Source: Angelakisella sp.
GTDB lineage: Bacteria > Bacillota > Clostridia > Oscillospirales > Ruminococcaceae
Reading direction: 5' to 3'
NCBI GenBank assembly: GCA_036654695.1
Contig: JAVVRO010000001.1
Location: 1-47,123 of the forward strand
Length of the DNA stretch: 47,123 nt
Position numbers and translations under genes: made by a program. Below are positions 18,481 through 26,759 of this stretch, piece by piece. Within the stretch, counting starts at the first letter, position 1, and each line of letters starts with the position of its first letter. The notes below the pieces were generated by a model. The model had not been told where the DNA came from. It worked only from the letters and a program-made list of their open reading frames with translations, and searched no databases.

Positions 18481-19356
18481 TTATTTTTTGCCTTTTTTGC
18501 CCTTACCGCCCTTGGCTGCCTCGCCGCCTTCGCCCTCATCGGCTGCTGCGCCGGCGTTGGCCTTGCGCTTTTTGCTTTTAAATACCAGCTTTTCCAGCTT
18601 TTCTTGAATAAAGTTGGGGTTTTCCCCCGCCTGTATCGCCTCAACTCCCTCGCAGATAAGCACCTTGCACAGGTACTCCTCCTCGTGGCGGATTTTTAGC
18701 TTGTTGGACACGGGGGAGAAAAAGAGGTTTGCCAGCATACTGCCGTACAGGGTAGTCAGCAAGGCGGTGGCCATTGCCGGTCCCAGTGACCCGGGGTCAG
18801 ACATGTTTTGCAGCATTCTAACCAGTCCAATGAGTGTACCCAGCATACCAAAGCCGGGGGCAAAGGCGCCGCCCTTGTCGTAAAATCCGCGGTCCTGAGC
18901 GTGGCGCTCGTCCAGATGCTCCAGCTCGGCCTCCAGCAGATTATGTACCTTTTCGGGGTCTACCGAGTCGACCACCAGCATCAGGCTGCTCTTGAGGAAC
19001 TCGTCCTTAGTCTCGTTAAGCTTATCCTCCAGCGACAGCAGACCCTTCATTCTGGCTTCCTTGGCAAAGTCGACAATCTGGTCAATGTACTTGTAGGGGT
19101 CATATTTGGCGGGAAACACACAAATTTTAAGATGCTTGCCAATTTTTGTAAAGGCAGACAGCGGGAATGCAATCATCAGCGCGGCAAAGCAACCACCCAC
19201 CGTGATGGCAACACTGGGGATATCGATGTACCATGGAAATGCCGTCCACTCAATAAATGCCTTTACCCCCGCGGTCGGGTCGCCCGCATTATAGACAATG
19301 CCAAACAGAATCAGCCCAAAACCGGCTATCCAGCCCAATATCGTCATAATATCCAT
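18481..19356 (-). CDS. motA: Flagellar stator protein MotA/MotP
   Basis: ARMKGLLSLE, APGFGMLGTLIGLV, LGPAMATALLTTLYG, IQAGENP. Confidence 0.97.
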   Translation of the reverse strand: MDIMTILGWIAGFGLILFGIVYNAGDPTAGVKAFIEWTAFPWYIDIPSVAITVGGCFAALMIAFPLSAFTKIGKHLKICVFPAKYDPYKYIDQIVDFAKEARMKGLLSLEDKLNETKDEFLKSSLMLVVDSVDPEKVHNLLEAELEHLDERHAQDRGFYDKGGAFAPGFGMLGTLIGLVRMLQNMSDPGSLGPAMATALLTTLYGSMLANLFFSPVSNKLKIRHEEEYLCKVLICEGVEAIQAGENPNFIQEKLEKLVFKSKKRKANAGAAADEGEGGEAAKGGKGKKGKK

Positions 19357-19396
19357 TGTATACCATCATCCCTTGTTCCCGCCGCTTGGACGGTTT

Positions 19397-19606
19397 CTAT
19401 TCCGCACTGCCTGTGTGGATTAAGTTGCTGAGCGTTTTTTGGTGGTACTCCACCGCCCTGCGCAGAACCTCTTCCTTGCTTTCCGCGACAATGTAAAGCG
19501 GTCCGTTGGTCAGGTGTATGGTCGTATCGGGGTTTTCCTGAATTGTTTCAATGAGGTTACAGTTTAGAACAAATTCCGCACCATTTAACTTTGTCAGTGT
19601 AATCAC
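19397..19606 (-). CDS. flbD: FlbD/SwrD family flagellar protein
   Basis: ITLTKLNGAEFVLNCNLIETIQENPDTTIHLTNG; typical flgE-flbD-motA position; GTG start at 19606. Confidence 0.92.
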   Translation of the reverse strand: MITLTKLNGAEFVLNCNLIETIQENPDTTIHLTNGPLYIVAESKEEVLRRAVEYHQKTLSNLIHTGSAE

Positions 19607-19628
19607 AACCCAAAACCTGCCTTTCTGT

Positions 19629-19669
19629 GCTGCCCCGGCGGCCAAAAACCTCGACCGCCGGAGAACAGC
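19629..19669 (-). other. Strong mRNA stem-loop downstream of flgE (no U tract)
   Basis: Minus-strand GCUG(UU)CUCCGGCGGUCGAG-GUU-UUUGGCCGCCGGGGCAGC; the G-U pairs form only on the minus strand. Confidence 0.7.
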
Positions 19670-19687
19670 GTTACTTATACCTGTTTA

Positions 19688-21343
19688 TTATCTCTTAAGG
19701 TTTACCAGTTCCTCCAGCATGGTGTCGGACACGGTAATCAACCGCGAGTTTGCCTGATAGGCGCGCTGGGTAGTAATCATGTCGGAAAACTCTTGGGACA
19801 AATCGACGCTGGACTGTTCCAGCGAGCCGGTCGCCAGCTCGCCCGCGCCGTTGCGCCCGGGTTGCGTCAGGCTTGCCTTGCCCGCGTTGGGGCCTGCGCC
19901 AAAGTAGGTGTTGCCGGCCTGTACCAAGCCCTGCGGGTTGGCAAAGGTCACAAGGTCAATGCGTCCCACCGAAATTTCCCCATGGACTGCGTGCTTGGCG
20001 GTCACAACACCATCGGCCGAAACGACAATGCTTTCCAAATTCTCGATGCCTTGGGCACCACCCTCGGTGCCGCCGCCCAGCTTAATAACCTTGCTTTCCA
20101 GCCCCAAGTTTTTGGAAGCCTCGGCGGGGGATGCCGTAATGGGGGTGGCAGCACCTGTTGTAAGCACTGCGGGAGGGGCGATTGTCCCCGTTTTACCTGC
20201 ATCCAAGTCGTTAAGCTTATCGAACCCCGGGTGGGTCATGGTAACGGTGCCGCCCTTGGCGTTTTTCAGCACCACCTCGCCCGCTGCGGTGCGGTTCGAG
20301 TCAATTTCGCCGGTATAGGTTTCATTACCAATTTTCATGCTGATAGTCCATTTGGCAAGGGTTGCGTTAGGGGCGACCCCAGCTGGGGTAAACTTGGCTG
20401 GGTCAAACAGTACCGTTCCTTTGCCCGCAAAGTCGGAGCTGGTGGATTTAACCTGCATCCCACCAAACAAATCTGTTGGCCAATCCGCACCGGTAAACTT
20501 ACCGGGAATGACACTGTAATCCTTGCTGCAAATCTGCTGGCCGGTCAGGGGCGTGTTAAACTTTGCAGCGGGTTCTATCGACATCTTAAAGCGGCCGCCC
20601 GGGTGTTCCTTGCCGCCGTTGGCTTCAAGGATGGCGGCGTTTACCGCGTCTTCCAGTGCTTTCATATCCTTAAAGGTTTCGCTGGCATTCAGCTTAACAA
20701 TAATGCCGCTGCCGCCAGCCAAGTCAACATCCACCGGCAAGCCTGCTGGCAGGGTGCTGTCCGCTGCAAAGTTAAAGCTGACGTTACCCGCGTCGCTGTT
20801 GTTGGAGCTTTCAATCTTGATGTTGACATTATTAATGGATTCCGTTACCGACGAGGGTTTCGGAGGCACCGAAGGGATGTTTAATTGAATTTTTTCGCTG
20901 CCGCCAGTGCGTCCCAGCGGGTCGCCGGAAACGCCCAGAATGAAGTTGCCGTTGGAATCGACCAAGTTGCCGGAGGGGTCAAAGTTAAACTGCCCGGCGC
21001 GGGTGTAAAAGGTGTTGCCGTCGGCATCCATTACTTGGAAAAAGCCTTCGCCTGCAATCGCCATGTCCAGCGGACGGCCGGTCATGGAAAAGGACGACTG
21101 CCCATGCAGCACATCAATGGTGCCCAGCTGTGCGCCGTAACCAATCTGTGCCGAGTTGGTGCCGCCGCGGTTGGCGGTCGAACCGGAACCGCTTTTCATG
21201 GTCTGGTAGTATACATCCTTAAAGGTGGCGCGGCTGGCCTTAAAGCCATAGGTTTTTACGTTTGCGATGTTGTTACCGATAACGTCCATTGCGGACTGCT
21301 GTGCGCGCATTCCCACGACGCCTGAATACATCGATCTAACCAT
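19688..21343 (-). CDS. flgE: Flagellar hook protein FlgE (551 aa, large central insertion)
   Basis: MVRSMYSGVVGM, IGNNIANVKTYGFKASR, YTRAGQF, FANPQGL, LEQSSVDLSQEFSDMITTQRAYQANSR; RBS AAGGAG before ATG 21343. Confidence 0.95.
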   Translation of the reverse strand: MVRSMYSGVVGMRAQQSAMDVIGNNIANVKTYGFKASRATFKDVYYQTMKSGSGSTANRGGTNSAQIGYGAQLGTIDVLHGQSSFSMTGRPLDMAIAGEGFFQVMDADGNTFYTRAGQFNFDPSGNLVDSNGNFILGVSGDPLGRTGGSEKIQLNIPSVPPKPSSVTESINNVNIKIESSNNSDAGNVSFNFAADSTLPAGLPVDVDLAGGSGIIVKLNASETFKDMKALEDAVNAAILEANGGKEHPGGRFKMSIEPAAKFNTPLTGQQICSKDYSVIPGKFTGADWPTDLFGGMQVKSTSSDFAGKGTVLFDPAKFTPAGVAPNATLAKWTISMKIGNETYTGEIDSNRTAAGEVVLKNAKGGTVTMTHPGFDKLNDLDAGKTGTIAPPAVLTTGAATPITASPAEASKNLGLESKVIKLGGGTEGGAQGIENLESIVVSADGVVTAKHAVHGEISVGRIDLVTFANPQGLVQAGNTYFGAGPNAGKASLTQPGRNGAGELATGSLEQSSVDLSQEFSDMITTQRAYQANSRLITVSDTMLEELVNLKR

Positions 21344-21401
21344 AACTGTGATACACTCCTTACAAATTTTGAAAAAATTGTGATAGAGTGGTACCGACCC
21401 T

Positions 21402-21452
21402 GTGTCCGTCAATCGTTCGGGACACCTTAGCTTCCTGTTAAGGTCCGGCTAA
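21402..21452 (-). promoter_or_regulatory. Putative two-hairpin cis-regulatory RNA in the flgE leader
   Basis: UUAGC-cgga-CCU-uaac-AGG-aa-GCUAA followed by GUGUCC-cgaacgauugac-GGACAC in a ~105-nt intergenic gap. Confidence 0.55.
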
Positions 21453-21841
21453 ATAATAACGGTACCATCAATATTTGTGAATACGTTGCCGGTCAGCTCC
21501 TCGCCGCTGACAGTGGTAATAACCTTGGAGTTTTTGACGCTAACCAGATACGCCGTTTTATCAATGAGTATTAGCGTATCGTCCAGTCCCTTTTTGCGAG
21601 CCAGCTCCACGCCGTTGTTCAGGCGTTCCAGATTGACCTGCGAAATGGGGATGTTCCGTTCCAGTACTCGGGATACCGCATGCTTGGAAAACGCAACGTT
21701 GCTTTGACTCAGCTGGCTTTTCAGTACCTCCTGAAAGGACGGTCCTGTTACTTCGGGCTGTTTTACGTTGTGCTGCTGGGGTGACTGGGGAATCCCTGTG
21801 GTAATGGGGACGGAAAACCGGTCAAATGGCTTGTAGTCCAT
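21449..21841 (-). CDS. TIGR02530 family putative flagellar operon protein
   Basis: FQEVL...FSKHAVSRVLERNI...AYLVSVKNSKVITTV...NVFTNIDGTVII; canonical flgD-X-flgE position. Confidence 0.92.
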   Translation of the reverse strand: MDYKPFDRFSVPITTGIPQSPQQHNVKQPEVTGPSFQEVLKSQLSQSNVAFSKHAVSRVLERNIPISQVNLERLNNGVELARKKGLDDTLILIDKTAYLVSVKNSKVITTVSGEELTGNVFTNIDGTVII

Positions 21842-21862
21842 TGGCTTGTCCAGTCCTTTCTG

Positions 21863-22660
21863 TTAAACGGCTTCTTCCTTGGGCTTTGTTGGTGTAAGGA
21901 CAACTTGCTTTTTGTAAACCGATTCCTTGCCGTGGATGTCCTTGACAATGACATTGACATAATAGGTGCCGCCCGCTGCCAGCTCGTCAATGGTTACTTC
22001 GTGTACGCCGGTTTGGTCGGCCTTGCCTACCAGCTTGCCGTACTTTTTGACCTCTGCAACCGTGTCAAACTTGTCATCGGTGGAGTAGTACACGCTGTAG
22101 CGCAGTCGGTCGGTATCGGGGTCCTGCTCCTTGGTGGGTACATCCCAGACCAGCTTTGCCGAGCTGCTGGTGGTCTCGGTCAGGGACAGTCCATAGTCCT
22201 CGACTACACCGGCTTCGCCACTGCCAGCATTGCTTGCAGGGGGGTGAATTTCCATGATTTGGTTCAGTGCAAAGGTTTTGCCGTCCACATATACTAGGTA
22301 TTCGTTGTTGGTCAGTGACACCTTTTCCACCGGGCCGGTAAAGGTTTCTACGCCGCCGCTAATGGTGTTGCGCGCCACGGTCACATCCTTACCCACCAGG
22401 GACATGGTAAAGTTGGACTGGGAGTAGTAGGCCAGTTGCTGCATCTGCTGCATGGTGGCAAACTGCGCCAGCTGGGTTACATACTGGGTGTCTTCCATGG
22501 GGTTCATGGGGTCTTGGTTTTGCATCTGGGCAATCATCAGGTTCAAAAAGTTGTCCACCGTTACGCCCTTTTTGCTTTCGTCCTCGTAAATGGCGTTGAC
22601 CTTGTTCGGCTTTTTGGGGCTGTGGGGGGCTTGTGCTGCGGGATTTATTGGGTTTGCCAT
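21863..22660 (-). CDS. flgD: Hook capping protein FlgD with C-terminal fibronectin type III-like domain
   Basis: FLNLMIAQMQNQDPMNPMEDTQYVTQLAQF, SLVGKDV; C-terminal TSSSAKLVW...YSVYYS...LAAGGTYYVNVIVKD; RBS AGGAG before ATG 22660. Confidence 0.93.
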   Translation of the reverse strand: MANPINPAAQAPHSPKKPNKVNAIYEDESKKGVTVDNFLNLMIAQMQNQDPMNPMEDTQYVTQLAQFATMQQMQQLAYYSQSNFTMSLVGKDVTVARNTISGGVETFTGPVEKVSLTNNEYLVYVDGKTFALNQIMEIHPPASNAGSGEAGVVEDYGLSLTETTSSSAKLVWDVPTKEQDPDTDRLRYSVYYSTDDKFDTVAEVKKYGKLVGKADQTGVHEVTIDELAAGGTYYVNVIVKDIHGKESVYKKQVVLTPTKPKEEAV

Positions 22661-22695
22661 ACTTAATTTTCTCCTTTCTTCCCTTATTTTTTGCC

Positions 22696-24120
22696 CTAAA
22701 CGTAGGCGTTTAGCACCGAGGATAGTACTGCGGAGCGCCCCTCCGGTTTGGCGGGTTCCGGCTGCTCCCACACAGTGTAGGCGGTCGCTTGCTGCCCGCG
22801 CTGCTGGCTGCCGTTGTTGTGCTGGTGTTCACCCATGCCCTGTTGCAGCGTGGTTTGCGGCTGGTTGACTATCTGCTGAATGTTGGCGTTGTAGGGCTTG
22901 AGTGCTTCTCGCAGGTTCCCAATTTCGCCGCTAAGCAGGGTTTGTGTTTGCTGGGAGGTCGTTGTCAGGCTCAGGGTAATCTTACCGTCTGTCTCCGACA
23001 TTTTCACAGTAATTTCGCCCATGCCCTCCGGCTTTAGCTTGATGGTAAACTCGTTTTTGTCCTGCTTCAGGCTACTGACAATCCCGGTTTTCACCTGTGC
23101 CACAAGGTCTGCCGCCGAGGGAATGCTTTTCGTAGAAACTTCGGCTGTCCGGCTTGCTTGCAGATACTTTCCGCTGTCTACCGCTGCTTGCAGTGCTTCC
23201 ATGTCCAGCGGCTCTGTGGTGTCGCCCGTCGTTTTTTTCACGGTGGCGCTCAGCTTGTTCAGCTCGCTTTGGAACGACTGCTGCCGGGTGTCGCCGGTGT
23301 CGGTTTTGGCATGGTCTGCGCTGCCGGTAGTTCCCTGTGCCGCCAAAAGCTCCACAGTTTCTTTCCCATCCGCGGTTGCCGAGGAAGCTGTTGACAGGGT
23401 TTGCGCGGTTGCGGCCGGCTTGGTCTGCGGGGCTGCCGCCTGTGCGGTCATGGGGGAAGCAGTTTTTTGTTGCGCCAGCTGTAGCTCTGGTGGCAGCAGC
23501 TTTGCGTGGGGCTGCTGTGCTGCGGTGCCCTCGGCCGGTTTGCTTTGTGCCAATTGCAGGTCGCCATCCAGCGTTTTTGCCTTGCCGCCGGCGGGGGTGG
23601 CCGATGCCAGTTGCAGGTCGGAGTCCAGTACCTTGCTCGTTTGCCGTGGGGCTGTTGTCTGTCCGTTCAGTGCCGCCTGTTCGCCCGGTGCCGTCTGTCC
23701 ACTCAGTGTCGCTGCGTTGGGGAGCGTTGCGGTGGCCGGTTGCCCTGTCAGCTGCAAAATGGCCTGCTGTGCCGGGCTCATTGCGCTGTTTCCGGTTGTG
23801 GTAAGTCCGTCGCTGTAGGACAGTGGGTTTTGGTTCAGCAGCTCATTGGGCATTCCGTTGGGAAGTCCTGTGAACAGTCCCGCCATCATCTGCATGGCGT
23901 AGTCGTTGGCTGTGGTTGCCGTGGTGTCCTTGTTTTTGCCGCTTTGCGGGAGCATTCCGTCCAGCAATGACTGCATGGCATCCTCCGGTTGCCCGTCGGT
24001 TTGCAGCATTCCCATCATCAGCGCAAGGAAATCCTCGCCGCTGGGCGTTGCGGTTACTGTCGTGGCAGTGCCGGTCATGCCGGTTGGTATCGGGGTTGTG
24101 TTGACTGCTATTGCTTGCAT
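22696..24120 (-). CDS. fliK: Flagellar hook-length control protein FliK
   Basis: Ala/Thr/Gln-rich N-terminal region; C-terminal FTIKLKPEGMGEITVKM...LREAL; position between fliJ and flgD. Confidence 0.92.
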   Translation of the reverse strand: MQAIAVNTTPIPTGMTGTATTVTATPSGEDFLALMMGMLQTDGQPEDAMQSLLDGMLPQSGKNKDTTATTANDYAMQMMAGLFTGLPNGMPNELLNQNPLSYSDGLTTTGNSAMSPAQQAILQLTGQPATATLPNAATLSGQTAPGEQAALNGQTTAPRQTSKVLDSDLQLASATPAGGKAKTLDGDLQLAQSKPAEGTAAQQPHAKLLPPELQLAQQKTASPMTAQAAAPQTKPAATAQTLSTASSATADGKETVELLAAQGTTGSADHAKTDTGDTRQQSFQSELNKLSATVKKTTGDTTEPLDMEALQAAVDSGKYLQASRTAEVSTKSIPSAADLVAQVKTGIVSSLKQDKNEFTIKLKPEGMGEITVKMSETDGKITLSLTTTSQQTQTLLSGEIGNLREALKPYNANIQQIVNQPQTTLQQGMGEHQHNNGSQQRGQQATAYTVWEQPEPAKPEGRSAVLSSVLNAYV

Positions 24121-24181
24121 TAATTCTTTCACCTCCTTTGCTATGGGGTATTTATGCTAACCCTTGCGGGGTGTCGCCTAA

Positions 24182-24643
24182 TTAAAGCTTTGGCATACCG
24201 TTTTCACCGCGTGCTACCTGAGAGGACACAATTTCGGCGATTCGCTCGGTTTCCTCCTTGCGCACGGCTGCGTCGTAGTCCTCGCGCTGGTGGTCCCGCA
24301 GCTTTTCCAGCGCCGCGACCTCGCGGGAGGCCTCCACCACTGTCTGCCGCTGCTGGTCAATCTGCTGCTCCTGCGCGGCAAGCTGCTGGGTTTGCTCCTT
24401 GACAATTGCCTTGGAGGCACGCAGCTTTAAGTCCAGCCGTTGCAGCTCCACCGCAGTGGTACCGCTGGCGCTTAGGGCAGTCAGCTCCCGGGATAGTGCC
24501 GTGTAACCGTTTTTGCTGCGCTCCAGCTGTGTTTCCAGTTGGTTGCGCCGGGCAAACATCTGCATCAGCGTGTTTTTTTCCTTTTCCAGCAGCGACTGCC
24601 GGTAATCCAGAATGCGGCCAAGGGTGAACTCAAACTTTCTCAT
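24182..24643 (-). CDS. fliJ: Flagellar export protein FliJ
   Basis: MRKFEFTLGRILDYRQSLLEKEK, LEKLRD; coiled coil following fliI. Confidence 0.93.
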   Translation of the reverse strand: MRKFEFTLGRILDYRQSLLEKEKNTLMQMFARRNQLETQLERSKNGYTALSRELTALSASGTTAVELQRLDLKLRASKAIVKEQTQQLAAQEQQIDQQRQTVVEASREVAALEKLRDHQREDYDAAVRKEETERIAEIVSSQVARGENGMPKL

Positions 24644-24660
24644 CCTTTGCCTCCCTTATG

Positions 24661-25968
24661 TCAATCCAACAGCGCAACCATCTGCTGCACGGTCTGGTCT
24701 AAGGTCGTTTTTTCATCCACCTGCTGCTGCAAAAAGTCATTGATGCGGTCATAGTGAGTAATCGCGTAATCCAGCTCGGGGTTACTGCCGCTTTTGTACG
24801 CGCCGATGGAAATCAGGTCTTGATTGGTATTGTAAACCGCCAGCATATTGCGCAGCTTGGCCGCCGCGCCCTTGTGCTCCCGGGTGGCAATGTCACTCAT
24901 CAAACGGCTGACGCTGGACATGACATCAATGGCGGGATAGTGGTTTTTTGCCGCCATCTGACGGGACAGCATAATGTGTCCGTCGATGATACTGCGTACC
25001 GTGTCGGAAATTGGCTCGTTGGCGTCGTCGCCCTCCACCAGTACGGTGTAAATGCCGGTAATGGAGCCTTTGCTAAAATTGCCCGCCCGCTCCAGCAGCT
25101 TGGGCAACACGGTGTAAATAGACGGCGTGTAGCCTCTGGCCACCGGCGCTTCGCCGATGCTTAGCCCAATTTCCCGCTGTGCCATGCAAAACCGCGTCAG
25201 GGAATCCATCATCAGCAGCACATCCTTGCCTTGGTCACGGAAGTACTCGGCTACCGTAGTGGCGGTCATAGCGCATTTGGAACGCATCATGGCGGGTCGG
25301 TCGGAGGTTTCTATCACCAAAACCGAACGCTTTAGCCCCTCCGGCCCCAAGTCACGCTCAATGAACTCCACGACCTCACGGCCACGCTCGCCCACCAGCG
25401 CAATGACATTGATGTCGGCTTTGACATTGCGCGCCAGCATTCCCATCAGGGTGCTTTTGCCCACGCCGCTGCCGGCGAAGATGCCCATTCTTTGTCCCTT
25501 GCCAATGGTCATAAAGCCGTCAATGGCACGCACGCCCAGCTCGATGGGACTGTCAATGCGAGGGCGCGCCATGGGGTTTGCCGCCTCGCCGCCAATGGAG
25601 CAGCGCATGCCGCCCTCAATGGACGCTCCGCCGTCAATGGGCTGACCCAGCGCGTTAATGCTGCGCCCAATGAGCGCGTCGCTGACGGCTACCGTCAGCT
25701 GCTGGCCGGTGTTGCGCACGGTGCTGCCCGGCCCAATGCCTTCGACATTTTCGTACGGCATGAGCAGAATCTTGTTTTCCTTAAAGCCCACCACCTCGGC
25801 CAGCACCTCACGGTCGGCCAGCCCAATGCGGCACACATCGCCAATGTTGCTGGCCGGTCCGGTGGCCTCCATGGTTGTTCCTACAATCTTGTCAATCTTG
25901 CCCATCTGGGTGTACAGGTCGCAATTGTTCAGCAGTTTCCTAAAGCTCTCCCTCTGCAACCGACCCAC
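24661..25968 (-). CDS. fliI: Flagellar export ATPase FliI
   Basis: GIFAGSGVGKSTL, ALVGERGREV, LLMMDSLTRF, RGYTPS, IIDGHIMLSR, HYPAIDV. Confidence 0.98.
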   Translation of the reverse strand: MGRLQRESFRKLLNNCDLYTQMGKIDKIVGTTMEATGPASNIGDVCRIGLADREVLAEVVGFKENKILLMPYENVEGIGPGSTVRNTGQQLTVAVSDALIGRSINALGQPIDGGASIEGGMRCSIGGEAANPMARPRIDSPIELGVRAIDGFMTIGKGQRMGIFAGSGVGKSTLMGMLARNVKADINVIALVGERGREVVEFIERDLGPEGLKRSVLVIETSDRPAMMRSKCAMTATTVAEYFRDQGKDVLLMMDSLTRFCMAQREIGLSIGEAPVARGYTPSIYTVLPKLLERAGNFSKGSITGIYTVLVEGDDANEPISDTVRSIIDGHIMLSRQMAAKNHYPAIDVMSSVSRLMSDIATREHKGAAAKLRNMLAVYNTNQDLISIGAYKSGSNPELDYAITHYDRINDFLQQQVDEKTTLDQTVQQMVALLD

Positions 25969-25982
25969 CCCGTTTCTCTTGA

Positions 25983-26759
25983 TTAAAAGTTTGTGTTATG
26001 GGAAGCAAAGTACTCCCGAAGGTTTTGCAGCTGGGTGTCAATGGAGGCGTCCAGCTTGCCGTTTGGCATGTCCAGAATACAGCTGCCCGGAGGAATGTCG
26101 TCCCCGTGAATTTCCAGCTGGCGGATGGGTCCCAGCTCCCGGCCTACCCGGTCAATGAGCGCCACCGACTGCTCCGACAGGTGCAAATCCATCCATTCCG
26201 CGCCTCGCGCCCGGTCGACGGTCTCCTTCACCAAGTCCAGCATTTCCAGCTCGTCCCGGTCAATCACTCTGCCCAGCACCTTGGAGCAAACCTCCAGCAC
26301 CGCCCATTTTAAGTCACTCTCGTACTGTGCCATAAAGCCGCCCAGCTCGCCCTCGGCCGAGGCAACCCAGTCCTCCAGCATGGTAATGCACTGTTCAATG
26401 GACGCCACCTTGGAGGCGGCACCCTCGGCATAGCCCAGCACCCTGCCCTGGGCACGACCCTGCTCCGCGGCGCTGTTCTGTATGGCCTGTACCTGTCGCT
26501 GGGCTTCGTCCAGCAGCTGCTTTGCCTGTTCGTTTGCTGCGTCAATGGTTTTTTGCGCCTCCGCCTTGGCGCAGGTAAAGATTTGCTCCACCTCGGCGGG
26601 GTTCAGCAGAATTGGCTTATTGCTGGGAATTTCCAGCACCATGTCCCCTTCCGCTGCGTTTGGCATTGCGGGGTCACGGCGTATGCTGGGTTGGGTGTCC
26701 TGAATGCTGTACTGGTCCTCTAACAGCTCCACCCGGCCGGACTTGTATACCCTAAGCAA
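25983..26759 (-). CDS. fliH: Flagellar assembly protein FliH
   Basis: Coiled coil then GxxxG repeats (EQGRAQGRVLGYAEG); C-terminal GSCILDMPNGKLDASIDTQL. Confidence 0.92.
   Translation of the reverse strand: MLRVYKSGRVELLEDQYSIQDTQPSIRRDPAMPNAAEGDMVLEIPSNKPILLNPAEVEQIFTCAKAEAQKTIDAANEQAKQLLDEAQRQVQAIQNSAAEQGRAQGRVLGYAEGAASKVASIEQCITMLEDWVASAEGELGGFMAQYESDLKWAVLEVCSKVLGRVIDRDELEMLDLVKETVDRARGAEWMDLHLSEQSVALIDRVGRELGPIRQLEIHGDDIPPGSCILDMPNGKLDASIDTQLQNLREYFASHNTNF

Noticed and set aside
20520-20540. Single Cys in FlgE (QQICSKD) as a spirochaete-type lysinoalanine cross-link site
   Set aside because: The surrounding sequence could not be aligned by eye to the spirochaete D2 motif; unsupported.
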